A stretch of DNA of 64,000 nt, taken from positions 52,390,001 to 52,454,000 of the forward strand of contig OX597830.1 of assembly GCA_951406725.2 (NCBI GenBank), given 5' to 3'. This DNA is from Octopus vulgaris. Lineage: Eukaryota. Below the pieces are notes generated by a model. It did not search any database. It was not told the origin of the DNA and saw only the letters and a program-made list of their open reading frames with translations. Positions 13,740 through 26,647 of this stretch are shown here, piece by piece. The position numbers were made by a program, and so were the translations under genes. Every line of letters begins with the position of its first letter. The first letter of the stretch is position 1.

Positions 13740-14290
13740 AGAGGGGATAGATGGACAGGAGATGAAGAGGGAAGACGAAGATGAAGAGGCAGGAGAGAGA
13801 GAAAGTTAGAGGGCAGGAGAGAGAGGGGAGAGAGGAATGAGAGAGCGATAGAGGGCAGGAGAGAAAGAGAAAGAGGGGAGAGGAAGGAAAGAGAGGGGGC
13901 AGGAGAGAGAAAGAGGAGAGATGAAGGAGAGAGAGAGAGGGCAGGAGAGAGAAAGAGGAGAGAGGAAGGAGAGAGAGTAATAAAGGGCAGGAGAGAGAGA
14001 GAAAGAGGGGAGAAGAAGGAGAGAGATAGAGGGGAGTCGGAGAAGAGAGAGTGATGAGAAAAGAATAGTAAATGGGGGAGAAGCAAATGGGAGGTAAAAC
14101 GGAAGAGGGGGAGTATAGAGGGAAGGAGAGTGTTGAGGGAGAGAGAAGGAGTTGGGAGAGAGGGGAAGAAGATGTGGAGTAAAATAAAGAGTGAAGAAAA
14201 CAGAAAAAGCTGGAGACGGGGAGTGAGAGAGAGAGAGAGAGAGAGAGAAGAAAGTGTTTGAAAGAGAGAGAGAGAGAGAGAGAGTGGAAG
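13740..14290. repeat. Purine-rich (GA) low-complexity tract with recurring GAGGGCAGGAGAGA units
   Basis: Directly visible. Confidence 0.85.
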
Positions 14291-14582
14291 TGAGAAAGAC
14301 ATGTAGCTGAAGCATAAATAAAAAAAGTGAGTGAACAGAGAGATGAGGAGAGGAAGACAGGAATGGGTGGATCCGCCAGCTTTGTCTTTATACATATTCT
14401 TGCTTACTGTATGTTTTGCTACAGTGGTTGTTGTTGTTGTTGTTGCTGTTGTTGCTGTTGTTGTTGTTATTGTTCTTATTTAACTACTAAAGTCAGTGAT
14501 CCGTGGGAGTTTTGCACTACTGCCAACATCACTATCACCATTATCACCACCACCACGATCATCTTCCCACGACCAACATCAA

Positions 14583-14653
14583 TCCCCCACCCCACCCCAC
14601 CAACATCACCCCCACCCTACCAACATCACCCCCACCCTACCAACATCACCCCC
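14583..14653. repeat. 21-bp tandem repeat CCCCACCCTACCAACATCACC, about 3 copies
   Basis: Directly visible. Confidence 0.85.
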
Positions 14654-14808
14654 GTCTCCACCATCGTCACCCGCCTTTCACTCTCAGCCCCACCATAACC
14701 ATCCTCTCACTACCACTACCACCACCACCCACCATTGGTTCTACAACATTTAGTAAGAGTTGAACCTGAATCAGTAGAGATGCGGGTGAAAAAAGAGGAG
14801 ACGAGAGG

Positions 14809-14944
14809 CAGAAGAAGAAGAAGAAGAAGAAGAAGAAGAAGAAGAAGAAGAGGAGGAGGAGGAGGGGGAGAAAGAGAAGAAGAAGAAGAAGAAGAAGAAG
14901 AAGAAGAAGAAGAAGAAGAAGAAGAAGAAGAAGAAGAAGGAGAA

Positions 14945-14979
<35 letters not shown>

Positions 14980-15095
14980 AGAAGAAGAAGAAGAAGAAGA
15001 AGAAGAAGAAGAAGAAGAAGACGAGGAAGAAGATGAGGAAGAAGAAGGGGAAGAAGATTATGATGATGATCATCATCATCATCATGAAGAAGAAA
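14809..15095. repeat. (GAA)n/(GAG)n microsatellite
   Basis: Directly visible. Confidence 0.95.
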
Positions 15096-15545
15096 ACAGT
15101 GAGTAGGAGGTGGTAGAAATGACGGGACGGAGGAGGGAGAGAGGAAAGAGGTGTGGTTTATGAAATAACTGTACTGTTACCTCCCACTTCCCCCCTCTCA
15201 CCCCCCCTCTCTCTCTTTCTCTGTCGCTCCCTTTTTTTTTCTTACGCTTCTCACTCTTCCTTCTTCTCTGTACTTCCTCCTCTTCCTCTTTACTGTTTTT
15301 ACATTCCACCTCGCACACTCTCTTTCTCTTTCTCTCTCTTTCTCTCTTTCCTTCACACGTGTACGTTCGTGTGTGTGTGTGTGTGTGTGTGTGTAGGTAA
15401 ATCGAATTAAAAATAACAAAAGAAATCAAAGGGAGTACACATGGAATGTATGAGGGTGACACGCAGTAGAAAATGAAAAAAAAAGTGGGTGTGTAACGAT
15501 TTGTGTATGGCTCTTCGTCAAAAAGGGGTGAGAGGATATATATGC

Positions 15546-15845
15546 CACCGCGACCGACCAGGCTAGCAGATGTTGCTACACATCGCTGGTCACAATGCGC
15601 TTCGTATTGTTTTAGCCTTCAAATGACGCCACCCCGCTGCCTAAGAGAGCAGGCTAACAAGAAAGAGTGAGAGAAAGTTGTGGCGAAAGAGTACAGCAGG
15701 GATCGCCGCCACTCTCTGTCGGAGCCACGTGGAGCTTCTAAGAGTCTTTGCTCAACAAACACTCACAACGCCTGGTCTGGGAATCGAAACCGCGATCCTA
15801 CGACAGCGAGTCCGCTGCCCTAACCACTGGGCCATTGCGCCTCCA
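15546..15845 (-). mobile_element. SINE family C
   Basis: Reverse complement of 16687-16989 over its full length. Confidence 0.85.
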
Positions 15846-15882
<37 letters not shown>

Positions 15883-16641
15883 GATGGATGAGATGACAAT
15901 TATCCATCGTCTGTTATTATTCATTTGATTATAATACAGCAAGAAGATCTACGACTTGTCAGACACCCTACAGTACAGTATTTCAATCTTTTCTGTCTCG
16001 AGGCACCCTTGCCAAGCCTTTCAGAAATATACGGCACCCCTATTAGAAAATCTAATATGGCAGTTGTTTTTTGATTCAACATCAATATCACAAAACTTTG
16101 TCCTTGAATAATAACATCTGTATAAGAAAACAATGTCCCTGGAATTGATAATAAAAAAATTTCTTTATTTCACCAATGTTGATATAATAAACATGAAATA
16201 GACTAACTTAAGGTGACCCGCTCTACGCGCAGGTGAGGGATCGAGAAAGACAGGGTGGTATCCGAAAGTGAGAAACGACAAACACTTGTCAAAGTCTCGG
16301 TTTTGTTGCCCTAGTAACCACAGCTTTTGAGATAGGGGTTTCTAACCTAGTCCAGCCGCTTCCTCACCTCTTTTTACATGTCCCCGTAAATTCTGGAGCC
16401 ATGCTATGAAAAATGACCCTTTGTATAACGGTCATTTTTCATAGCATTTTCCCGATCGCTGGATAACTGAAGAGATGGCGGCGTGGATTTCCACCTCGGC
16501 ATCCGAAACTCGGAGTTTTATCATGGCTACCGAATAATTGTCACATATTACATTTACAGATAAATTCCTCTATTTACATAATTTCGAGGTCTCTTTCTTT
16601 TGTTGTCTTACCGTTTTTATCAATATATATATATAATATAT

Positions 16642-16686
<45 letters not shown>

Positions 16687-16688
<2 letters not shown>

Positions 16689-16981
16689 AGGCGCAATGGC
16701 CCAGTGGTTAGGGCAGCGGACTCGCGGTCGTAGGATCGCGGTTTCGATTCCCAGACCGGGCGTTGTGAGTGTTTATTGAGCGAAAACACCTAAAGCTCCA
16801 CAAGGGGGGGTGGCGATCCCTGCTGTACTTTTTTGCCACAACTTTCTCCCACTCTTTCTTCTGTTGGCCTGCGCGCTTAGCCAGCGGGGTGGCGTCATTC
16901 GAAGGCTAAAACAATGCGAATGCGAACGCATTGTGACCAGCGATGTGTAACAACGTCTGATGGTCTGGTCGGTCACGTGAT

Positions 16982-16989
<8 letters not shown>
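16687..16989 (+). mobile_element. SINE family C (tRNA-derived), full length
   Basis: GGAGGCGCAATGGCCCAGTGGTTAG (A box) ... GGTTTCGATTCCC (B box), with a CACGTGATCACGTGA tail before (TA)n. Confidence 0.88.
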
Positions 16990-17020
<31 letters not shown>

Positions 17021-17074
17021 GCGTGCTATAATGAATCCGTAAACACATACAAAACATCCAAGGGTATATTTTTC

Positions 17075-17160
17075 CCCTCTGAAGATATTATGCTCAGGTC
17101 ATATAAATTTAATATTTAATCAATATTTACTGAGTATTAATTGAAACAGCTGTAAAAGAT
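17075..17160 (+). ncRNA. Type I hammerhead ribozyme-like fold (stem I decayed)
   Basis: CUGAAGA (17079-85), long stem II AUUAUGCUCAG/CUGAGUAUUAAU, GAA-ACAGCUGU-A; stem I pairs poorly. Confidence 0.55.
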
Positions 17161-17529
17161 GATGATTAATTTGGTATTAATAATAAATAATTAGTAACTT
17201 CCCAGCGGCGGGCTTCTTTCAGTTTCCGTCTACTAAGTAAATTCACTAAAAAAGATTTGACCGACACTTTAGTAAAAGAAACTTACACAAACTTCCAAGC
17301 AGATGGTTGAACACGAAACCATGCAGTTGAGAAGCAAGGTTTTTACCAAACAGCCATAAATCTCACATACGCGTCTATACATACATACATACATACATAC
17401 ATACATACATACACACAAACATACATACATACATACAAACATACATACATACATACAAATATACATACATACATACATACATACATACATACATACATAC
17501 ATACATACATACATACAAACATACATACA

Positions 17530-17560
<31 letters not shown>

Positions 17561-17806
17561 TTTAGCTTTTATTTGTTTCAGTCATCGAACTGCGCCCATG
17601 CTGGTGCTCTGCCTAGAATAGTTTTAGTCGAACAAATCGACTTTAAAACATATTTGGAAGTCTTGTACTTATTCAATCGGTTCTTTTGCCGAAACGCTAA
17701 GTTAGGTGAGGGAAACCGGTTGTCAAGTGGTTACGGGCGACGAACACAAAGACACAAACTCACATAGATATATACAGGTATGTATGTATATATGCATGCT
17801 TGTATG

Positions 17807-17838
<32 letters not shown>

Positions 17839-18659
17839 TGTATGTATGTATGTATGTATGTATGTATGTATGACCTTAGGCAAGTGTATTCTACTATAGC
17901 CTCGGGCCTACCAAAGCCTTGTGAGTGGATTTGGTAGATAGAAACTGAAAGAAGCCCTTCCTCTCTCTCTCTCTATATATATATATACATATAGTATAAA
18001 GGGGATAAGCTATCCTGGCAGATACCGTATATTGTTTGTATGTATGTATGTATGTATGTATGTATGTATGTATGTATGTATGTATGTATGTATGTATGTA
18101 TGTATTTATGCATGCATGTATGTATGTATGTATGTATGTATGTATGTATGTATGTATGTATGTATGTATGTATTTATGTATGTATCTATGTATGTATGTA
18201 CGTATGTATGTATTGCAATCTTCCCAATGCACACCTGTCTTGGATACCATTCCACTAACAGACCGGATACATTCTAATTCCAGATCCGAAATCGTGAATC
18301 GCGAAATCCAGAGCTTTGCATGCAGCACGCAACATTCGAAACTGGCAATCGATTCTGTTGCATCTTCGTATTTTATTTTACACAATTTCATTTTACATAA
18401 GCCCTCCCCCCTCACTCCATCTCTATCTCCGGTTCTACGTATTAAGCCTTTGAACGCCGAACGCGTATATATCCGCACAAAATTTTACCTACAACTTTGA
18501 GAAAAAAACAATGTACTTTCCTTGCGCTGCAAGAAGCAGAGACATACTCAGCGACATTTTTTTACAAAAGACAATTTTTCAGATTTTCTAAATTTTTTCA
18601 CATATTTCATAATATTTCAGAGCAATAACCGAATACTTTTACTGGCAGATATGAAAACA

Positions 18660-19044
18660 CTAGCAGTATCGCCCGGCGTTGCTCAGGTTTGTAAGGGAAA
18701 TAACTATAAAGCATTTTTAGAGAGTTATAGCCAAAAAATAGCAAAAAAATGGAAAAAAAATGATGGTAAATTTTTTTTGAGAGTTAAAACAGGTGGAGTT
18801 GCGTCCCCTAGACGGTCTGTGGTTTGGGTTTCTCATTCTCGACCCCATGTCGAATTTATCGATTTTTTTCAGAACTGGGGGAACTTTTCAAAATTTTCGC
18901 TGCGTTAGTTTTGAATTATGACATTGGGCTATGTGTGTGTCAAGTTTCATCAGAATCGGTTGAAAGCCGTGGTCAGAGTGAGGGTACGAGAAAACAGACA
19001 CACAGAAACACGCACAGACAAACTGCCGTTTATATAGAGAGAGA
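18660..19044 (-). mobile_element. Non-autonomous Helitron (same 3' end as 11691 family, different interior)
   Basis: Plus strand starts A|CTAGCAGTATCGCCCGGCGTTGCTC and ends GA|T. Confidence 0.8.
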
Positions 19045-19292
19045 TAAGATGCTGAACAAGTGTTGTTGAAGCAGATAACATCAGTTCTACTTTTTGATGG
19101 ATAATTAACATCAGTACGTGAATGAGCATGAAATTTAATTACTAGGCGTAGCTGTGTGGTAAGAAGCTTACTTCCCAACCACATGGTTCGGAGTTCAGTC
19201 CCACTGCGTGGTACCTTGGGAAAGTGTCTACCAAAGCCTTGTGAATGGATTTGGTAGATGGAAACTTCCTCAATATATATATATATATATAT

Positions 19293-19531
19293 AAATTAGA
19301 GAAAATCCACAATTATGTAATTTAAACAATGATAGATATAAACCATATTATATAGAAAAAATAATATATATTCATAAAACATACATCTAGATCACAAAAA
19401 GTACTATTTATTATTTTATACTTTTTTGTGATCTAGTTATATGTTTTATAATATATATTTTATTTTTTCTATATAATATGGCTTATGTCTATCATTGTTT
19501 GAATTGCATAATAGTGGTTTTTCTCTAATTT
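19293..19531. repeat. Fold-back (inverted repeat, ~110-bp arms) between (TA)n tracts
   Basis: AAATTAGAGAAAA...CTAGATCACAAAAAGTA / TACTTTTTTGTGATCTAG...TTTTCTCTAATTT. Confidence 0.85.
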
Positions 19532-19789
19532 ATATATATATTATATATTTATATTGTGAAATTTGATTTAATACTAAATTGAATTTTTCCTTGTAAGTTT
19601 GGAGTTATACTCCCTAATATTATCATTGTATATATATTGTCTCTTCAATAGATTTAGATGCCGGCTATCCAGAACGATCCATTATATAGTACTCAAGCTT
19701 AGAACGAGATACTGGTACTGGTAAACTTCACTCGTTGCGTAATTCCGTCTTCCTATTCAGAACTGCAAATATTCCGTAGAGTATTTAAT

Positions 19790-19944
19790 AACCTTGATAA
19801 CGAAGAGGAAAGTGGAGATTTTATTCACATCCAAAAACTTGTCGATTTAAGAGTTTTATACAGCAAATACATCTGTAGAAAACTTTTAAATCAACAAGTT
19901 TTCGGATGTGAATAAAATTTCCACCCTCCTCTTTGTTATCAACG

Positions 19945-19946
<2 letters not shown>
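19790..19946. repeat. Fold-back (inverted repeat, ~74-bp arms)
   Basis: TTGATAACGAAGAGG...TTTTATTCACATCC / GGATGTGAATAAAA...CCTCTTTGTTATCAA. Confidence 0.85.
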
Positions 19947-19981
<35 letters not shown>

Positions 19982-21311
19982 TACCACCGCTTGACAACCG
20001 GTGTTGGTATGTTTACGTCATCGTAACCTAGCGGTTCAGCAAAAGATATCGATAGAATAAAACGCAAGTTTTTAAAAAATAAATAAGTACTCGGGTCGAT
20101 ACATTCGATTAAAAATTCTTCAAGGCGGTACCCCAGCATGGCCGCAGTCTAATGACTGAAACAAGTAAAATATAAAGTCAAAGATTAAGGGTTCTTGTAG
20201 GGATCAAAGATTTTTGTGCTTTTGCAATTCTTCTGAAAGGATATGTTACACGAGTTACTTAATAAGGGTTTCTAATTTAGGCACAAATCTAGTAATTTTG
20301 AAAAGAAGGGTTATGTGATTACTTAGATTTCAGTACTGCACTAACACTTTATTTTATCGACCCTGGAAAGAGATGAAAGGCAAAGTTGAGCTTGGCAGGA
20401 TCTGAACTCAAAACGTAAGGAACTGAAACACACACTGCGCGGTATTTTTACCGACTTTCTAACGATTCTACCAAACTGCCAACCATCGGCTGTAGCTTAA
20501 TCAGGATTTCTAATTTAGACCAACGTCCAGCAATTTTAAGAGAGAAAAACGACATCATCTACCCCAGTATTTGACTGGTAATTTATTTTATTGAGGGGAT
20601 GAAAGACAAAATTAACTCCAGCAATCAATTTTGAGCCCAGAATGTAAGAAGCGGAATCAATACTAAAAGGTATTTTTCCGCGGCTCTTATGATTCCGCTA
20701 GCCTACCATCCTTTGGTTTGTAATTTAATTATATGAAAGTTTCTGTATGATGAAGTGAGGCATCTCATTTAAAGTGTTAGTTAAAGAAATTGATACTTAA
20801 CAATCTATATACTTCAAACCTTCGACTCTGTAGTGTGTAACCAGAACAAGGAATTGCATCCACGAGTTGCAAAGTGTAACTTCACTCAAGAGATTTTCAA
20901 TAAACATATCGATCGCCTTCCAAGTTCTCGGGTGATTAAACTGTGAATATCCGGGGTTGCAATAACGAAGACGCTACTTGAAACTTGATACTTAACTTGA
21001 AGTTTCTAACCTGTGGACTTAATTACTCCCTTTTAATTATCCTTGCAGTGATTTAGCCGGATTGATTCACACTGATTCTTCTTTTAATTACTTCGTTACA
21101 AAGTTTTAATTACCCTCTCCTTGCATTAAATCTATTTAACTATATTTGTTCTTATCTGTCGTATGAACTATTTCCCTCCAATCGCTCCCTTTTGAATTGC
21201 TTCCCCTCCTATGATCCCTGCTACTTCACCTGTTATCATTTCCTTTATCCCCCCTTCAAATATTTCCAATTACCAGCATTTTAGACATTAGTATTGAAGT
21301 TACCCCCATAA

Positions 21312-21495
21312 TGCGGCGAGATGGTAGAATCGTTAGCACGCCGGGCAAAATACTTAGCGGCATTTCGTCCGTCTTTACGTTCTGAGTTCGAATTCCGCCG
21401 AAGTCGACTTTGCCTTTCGTGGTCGATAAAATAAGCACTATCGACTTAGCTACCCACACATGAACATGCTGGCCTTGTGCCAAAATTTGAAATCA
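21312..21495 (+). mobile_element. SINE family B with probable TSD
   Basis: GCGGCGAG head and GAGTTCGAATTCC B box; flanks TATT(G/T)AAGTTACCCCC at ~21292 and ~21497. Confidence 0.8.
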
Positions 21496-21889
21496 ATATT
21501 TAAGTTACCCCCTCTTTAATTGCTTTCGTTGTATTCCGAGTAACTTTAGAAGTATACTTCTGCTACCGTGAGTAATATCCTGAAATGTGGAATAACTACA
21601 ATGTTTATAATTTAGCTTTTTATCAAATTTCGTGATGAAACGATGAAATGAAACTAATGAAATTAAACCAGATCGAAACATGTTCGTTCTTGTCACTAGC
21701 TGTTTGTAAAGTCCAGATCCACCCCTACGTTTGTCTTTATTTTGAAAACCTTGCAAGACCTGATCTTATTGAAGTTATCTAACTTTTATTATTACTTTAA
21801 ACCTCTAAACGTCCCTTGGGAGTAGTTTTTCTTTCAACTCCTTATATTACATAATGTCAAAGCTTACCGTATTATCCGATGGCTCCTTA

Positions 21890-22535
21890 TGTTTTTTAAA
21901 CCCACAGTTAATCCATATTCAACGCTTTATAAACCTACCAATAACCCACATTAAACCCTTAATAAACTCACTATTAATCCATATTGAACACTTAATAAGC
22001 CCATTATTAACCCTTAATTAAAATAAACCTGTTTAAGCCCGCATAAATACAATAAATCCAACACAAACTACGTTAGACCCTTAATACACTAACATTTAAC
22101 CCGCATAAAGCCTAAACAAACCCACCATCAACTCGTAAAAAATGATTAACAATCCCACCATTAATCTAGTTGACACCCTTATTAAACCCATTATTAACTC
22201 AAGTTGAACTCTGATTAAACCCACATTCAACACACTATAAACCGTTAATAACCCATCATTCACCCACATTAAACCTTTCATAAACCCGCATTTAGCCGTT
22301 AATAAACCCACCACAAACCCAGATTAAATCTTTGATAAACCCACAATAAACTTGCCATTAATTCGCAATAACCCTTTTATAAACTCACATTTAACCCACA
22401 AGAAATCCTTAATAAACCCACCATTTGCCCACATGAAACGCTTGAAAACCCACCACAAACCCACAATAAGCACTTAATATAAACATAACAATTAACCTAC
22501 CTTAAACCCTTAATAATCCCACCGTTAACCCACCT
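21890..22535. repeat. Degenerate AC-rich minisatellite built from ~11-bp subunits (TAAACCCAC/TTAACCCAC)
   Basis: Recurring taataaacccac, cattaacccac and attaaaccctt motifs over ~650 bp. Confidence 0.8.
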
Positions 22536-23085
22536 TGTACTCACATAACACAAAACTAAGTTATGTTCATGAACAAAAAGGCTTTGTTTGTCTTTTCTCC
22601 TCCCAAAACCGTCAAACTTTCTCAGTTTCCTATTTACAATAAAATATTTTCTCTTTTGTTTCCAGCAATCAAAACATTAAACAAACTTTTCTTTCTTTTT
22701 TTTTCTTCTTTTTTTGTATCCAGGTATAACAGGTTCGAATTTCAATAGGAAACAATTCTAATTCAATTATTTTCTCTTTTTAATTCAATCAATTTTGTTA
22801 TCCCTATTTTTATTGTTGTTCATGTTTTGTTCCGTTTTTTTTCTTGCTTTTTGTTTTTTTTCTTTTTATATATTGCATTCTTCCACCACCACAACTTCCA
22901 CCACCAACATTAATAATAAACAATAAAATCTTGATAATTATTTTGATTAACACATATTGATTAATGAATTCTTGCCTTTTGCTAATGTTGTTGTTGTTAC
23001 TGTTGTTACTGCATTACGGGTATTTTGTACATACTTCAAACAAACACATAACATCCAGTATGATGTAAAAAAAATAAGTGTATTA

Positions 23086-23125
<40 letters not shown>

Positions 23126-23132
23126 CGTTATT

Positions 23133-23171
<39 letters not shown>

Positions 23172-23780
23172 AACAATAACAATGATAATTGTTTCTTTTT
23201 CATATTCGTAAAGGACGTAAGAATCACAATAGAATTTTAAAAGAATAGAATTACGCAATGAATTCAGTTAAATTAATGAAAAATATGCTTGAAATATTGA
23301 GAGCGAACAAAGCAGACGACACCTCTAACTTGCAATGACTTTCCCATAATTTTGCAAAAAACTAAATAAATATCGGTTTCAAATTTGGCGCAAGGCTAGC
23401 AATTTCGATCATATCGACTCCAGTGATCAACTGGTACTTATTTTATGGACCCTGGAAAGTTGAAAGGCAATATCAACTTCGGTTTGGTATTTGAACTCAG
23501 AGTGGAAAGACATGAAATACCGCTAAGCATTTTGTCTAACGTTAACGATTTTGCCAGCTAGACATCTTCAGTAGTCATTTCTGTTATAGGCGCAAGACCT
23601 AGAAATTAGGGAAAGGAGCAAGTTGATTACATCAACTCCAGTTCTCAATTGGTCCTTATTTTATCGACTCCGAAGGAATGAAAGGCGAAGTCGACCTCGG
23701 CGGAATTTGAACTCAAAACGTAATGACGGATGAACTTCCGCTAAACATTTTGTCTTACGTTGACGATTCTGCCAGCTAGC

Positions 23781-24660
23781 GGATCTTTTCAATTCTGAAG
23801 CCAGTTTTTTCAAATTTTTCCTACTGAACCAAACAATTTGAAACTTCGTATACTGGTAGAATGTGTCAAAAGTAAACTTAATTGTAAACCAGAATGAAAA
23901 CGGAATTGTAACTTCTAAGTTTAACGTTGTTTAATAATTAGAATTTTAACCAATGATATTCCGTCATTCGGCTTTATTTTATTTACTCCGTCTCGACCAC
24001 CAATTTGGTGACGTATTAAACATCTTAAATGTAAACAAGCCGCATGTCTCCGTGAAATCTCCTTCTAATTATTTAACGTACTCATGTTTCCAGGATCCTA
24101 TAGTCAGCCACCTTCTAATAACAATATTTAAAACTAGTTAATAAGCCACATGTATTAAATTGAAAATGTTTCCATTCTGTTAGTACTTGCTTTCGTTTGC
24201 TATTAAGAAGTGGCATCTCAGTGACGAGGCTTCTAACAAGATTTCGTTTCTAAGCTAATGCGTTTCATTTCACTTATTGTATTTATTTGTGCAAAAGGCA
24301 AGAAATTTAATATTAAAAAAGCAAAGAGCTGGCAGAAACGTTAGCACGCCGGGCGAAATGCGTAGCCGTATTTCGTCTGCCGTTACGTTCTGTGTTTGTT
24401 TACAGTTTTCCGAACGTCACAAAAGCGCTTTCTACGTCACACTAATAGAATGCAGTCAAGTTTTACACATGAAAACAAACAATCTGATTGATTAAAATTC
24501 GCAGTTTTAATCTACGATTAAAGTCATAAAATAGATTTTTCTCAAATAAACTAGTTCCAACCTGTGTCTTGTTTTGCTAGACTCTATCAGCATACGAAGT
24601 TTCAGAATATTTAGTTAAGTAGAAAGATCTGTGGTCCTGGCTTCAGAATTGAAAAGATCC
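23781..24660. mobile_element. Non-autonomous DNA transposon (MITE), Merlin-like: 24-bp perfect TIR, 8-bp TSD
   Basis: TIR GGATCTTTTCAATTCTGAAGCCAG at 23781-23804 and its reverse complement at 24637-24660; TSD CAGCTAGC at 23773-23780 and 24661-24668. Superfamily call is inferred from GG termini plus 8-bp TSD. Confidence 0.85.
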
Positions 24661-24675
24661 CAGCTAGCCAACTTC

Positions 24676-24735
<60 letters not shown>

Positions 24736-25195
24736 CCTTTCTACTATAGACACAAGGCCTGAAATTCTAGGGGAGAGGACTAGTCGATTACATCGACCCC
24801 GGTGTTTCACTGGCACTTAATTTATCGACCCTGAAAGGATGAGAGGCAAAGCCAACCTCGACGGAATTTGAACTCAGAACGAAGCAACGGGCGAAATACC
24901 TATTTCTTTACTACCCACAAGGGGCCAAAAACAGGGAGGACAAACAAGGACAGACAAACGGATTAAGTCGATTATATCGACCCCAGTGCGTAACTGGTAC
25001 TTATTTAATCGACCCCGAAAGGATGAAAGGCAAAGTCGACCTCGGCAGAATTTTAACTCAGAACGTAGCGGCAGACGAAATACCTATTTCTTTACTACCC
25101 ACAAGGGGCCAAACACAGAGAGGACAAACAAGGACAGACAAACGGATTAAGTCGATTATATCGACCCCAGTGCGTAACTGGTACTTATTTAATCT
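24736..25195 (-). mobile_element. Three stacked, partial family B SINEs
   Basis: Core repeated three times; both junctions read CGAAATACC|TATTTCTTTACTACC. Confidence 0.85.
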
Positions 25196-25340
25196 CCCCC
25201 TTTCATCGAATAGCGTCTTAGAATAAGTACAAGGCTTACAAAGAATAAGTCCTGGGGTCTATTTCTTCGACTAGAACCATTTAAGGCGCAATCAGATGAC
25301 TGAAACAAGTGAAAGAATATAACTATATATATATATATAC

Positions 25341-25531
25341 TCCTTTACTCCTTTACTTGTTTCAGTCATTTGACTGCGGCCATGCTGGAGCACCGCCTTT
25401 AGTCGACTTATTCTTTGTAAGCCCAGTACTTATTCTATCGGTCTCTTTTGCCGAACCGCTAAGTGACGGGGACGTAAACACACCAGCATCGGTTGTCAAG
25501 CAATGCTAGGAGGACAAACACAGACACACAA

Positions 25532-25611
<80 letters not shown>

Positions 25612-25771
25612 GACAGGCTTCTTTCAGTTTCCGTCTACCAAATCCACTCACAAGGCATTGGTCGGCCCGGGGCTATAGCAGAAGACATTTGCCCAAGATG
25701 CCACGCAGTGGGACTGAACCCGGAACCATGTGGTTGGTTAGCAAGCTACTTACCATACAGCCACTCACAGG
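25341..25771 (-). mobile_element. SINE family A, full length
   Basis: Reverse complement of the family A architecture with internal (TA)n. Confidence 0.88.
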
Positions 25772-26211
25772 TGTGTATGTACATATATGCATGTATAAAT
25801 ACATACATGTGTATGTGTATATGTATATCAGAGGCAATACAAGGTCATCACTGTCACTCGGGCTCATCACAGATTTTGCATAAGACATGCCTGCTCAAAG
25901 AATTTCAAAATTTTTCTGCAATATTTCTAGCCCCAAATGGCTTATCATTTTTTTTTCTATATATATATATAACTGGCATTATGTTTTTCTCCATTTCTAA
26001 GTTCAAGGTAAAAATAAAGCAACCCTGCAAAACACAGTGGAGTGCACACCAAACATCAACGATCTAACTGTCGCCTGTACTCGTAACAAGAGATGCCGAT
26101 TGGTCTTTTACACTAGCCAGGCTCGTTCGTATTAGTTGCTGGATTATTTTGCGTTCCTTTAAGAATATTGTGAAAGGGAAACTTTTCATAGATTAGAATT
26201 TAAATGCTAAT

Positions 26212-26450
26212 CTCTTTACCCTTTACTCTTTGCTTGTTTCAGTTATTTGACTGTGGCCATGCTGGAGCACCGCCTTTATTCGAACAAATCGACCCTAGAA
26301 CTTATTCTTTATAAGCCTAGAACTTATTCTATCGGACTCTTTTGCCGAACCGCTACGTTACGGGGACGTAAACACACCACCATCGGTTGTCAAGCGATGT
26401 TGGGGGAAAAACACTCACACACAAACATATACACACACATACACACGTAA

Positions 26451-26484
<34 letters not shown>

Positions 26485-26647
26485 GACGGGCTTCTTTCAG
26501 TTTCCGTCTACCAAATCCCCTCACAAGGCTTTGGTCGGCCCGAGGCTATAGTAGAAGACATTTGCCCGAGGTGCCACGCAATGGGACTGAACCTTGAACT
26601 ATGTGGTTCGTAAGCAAGCTACTTACCACACAGCCACTCCTACGCCT
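26212..26647 (-). mobile_element. SINE family A, full length
   Basis: As 25341-25771; ends ccacacagccactcctacgcc. Confidence 0.88.

Noticed and set aside
16687-16760. tRNA-like A and B boxes here and in other SINE heads
   Set aside because: They continue into SINE bodies and lack a complete cloverleaf, so they are not called as tRNA genes.
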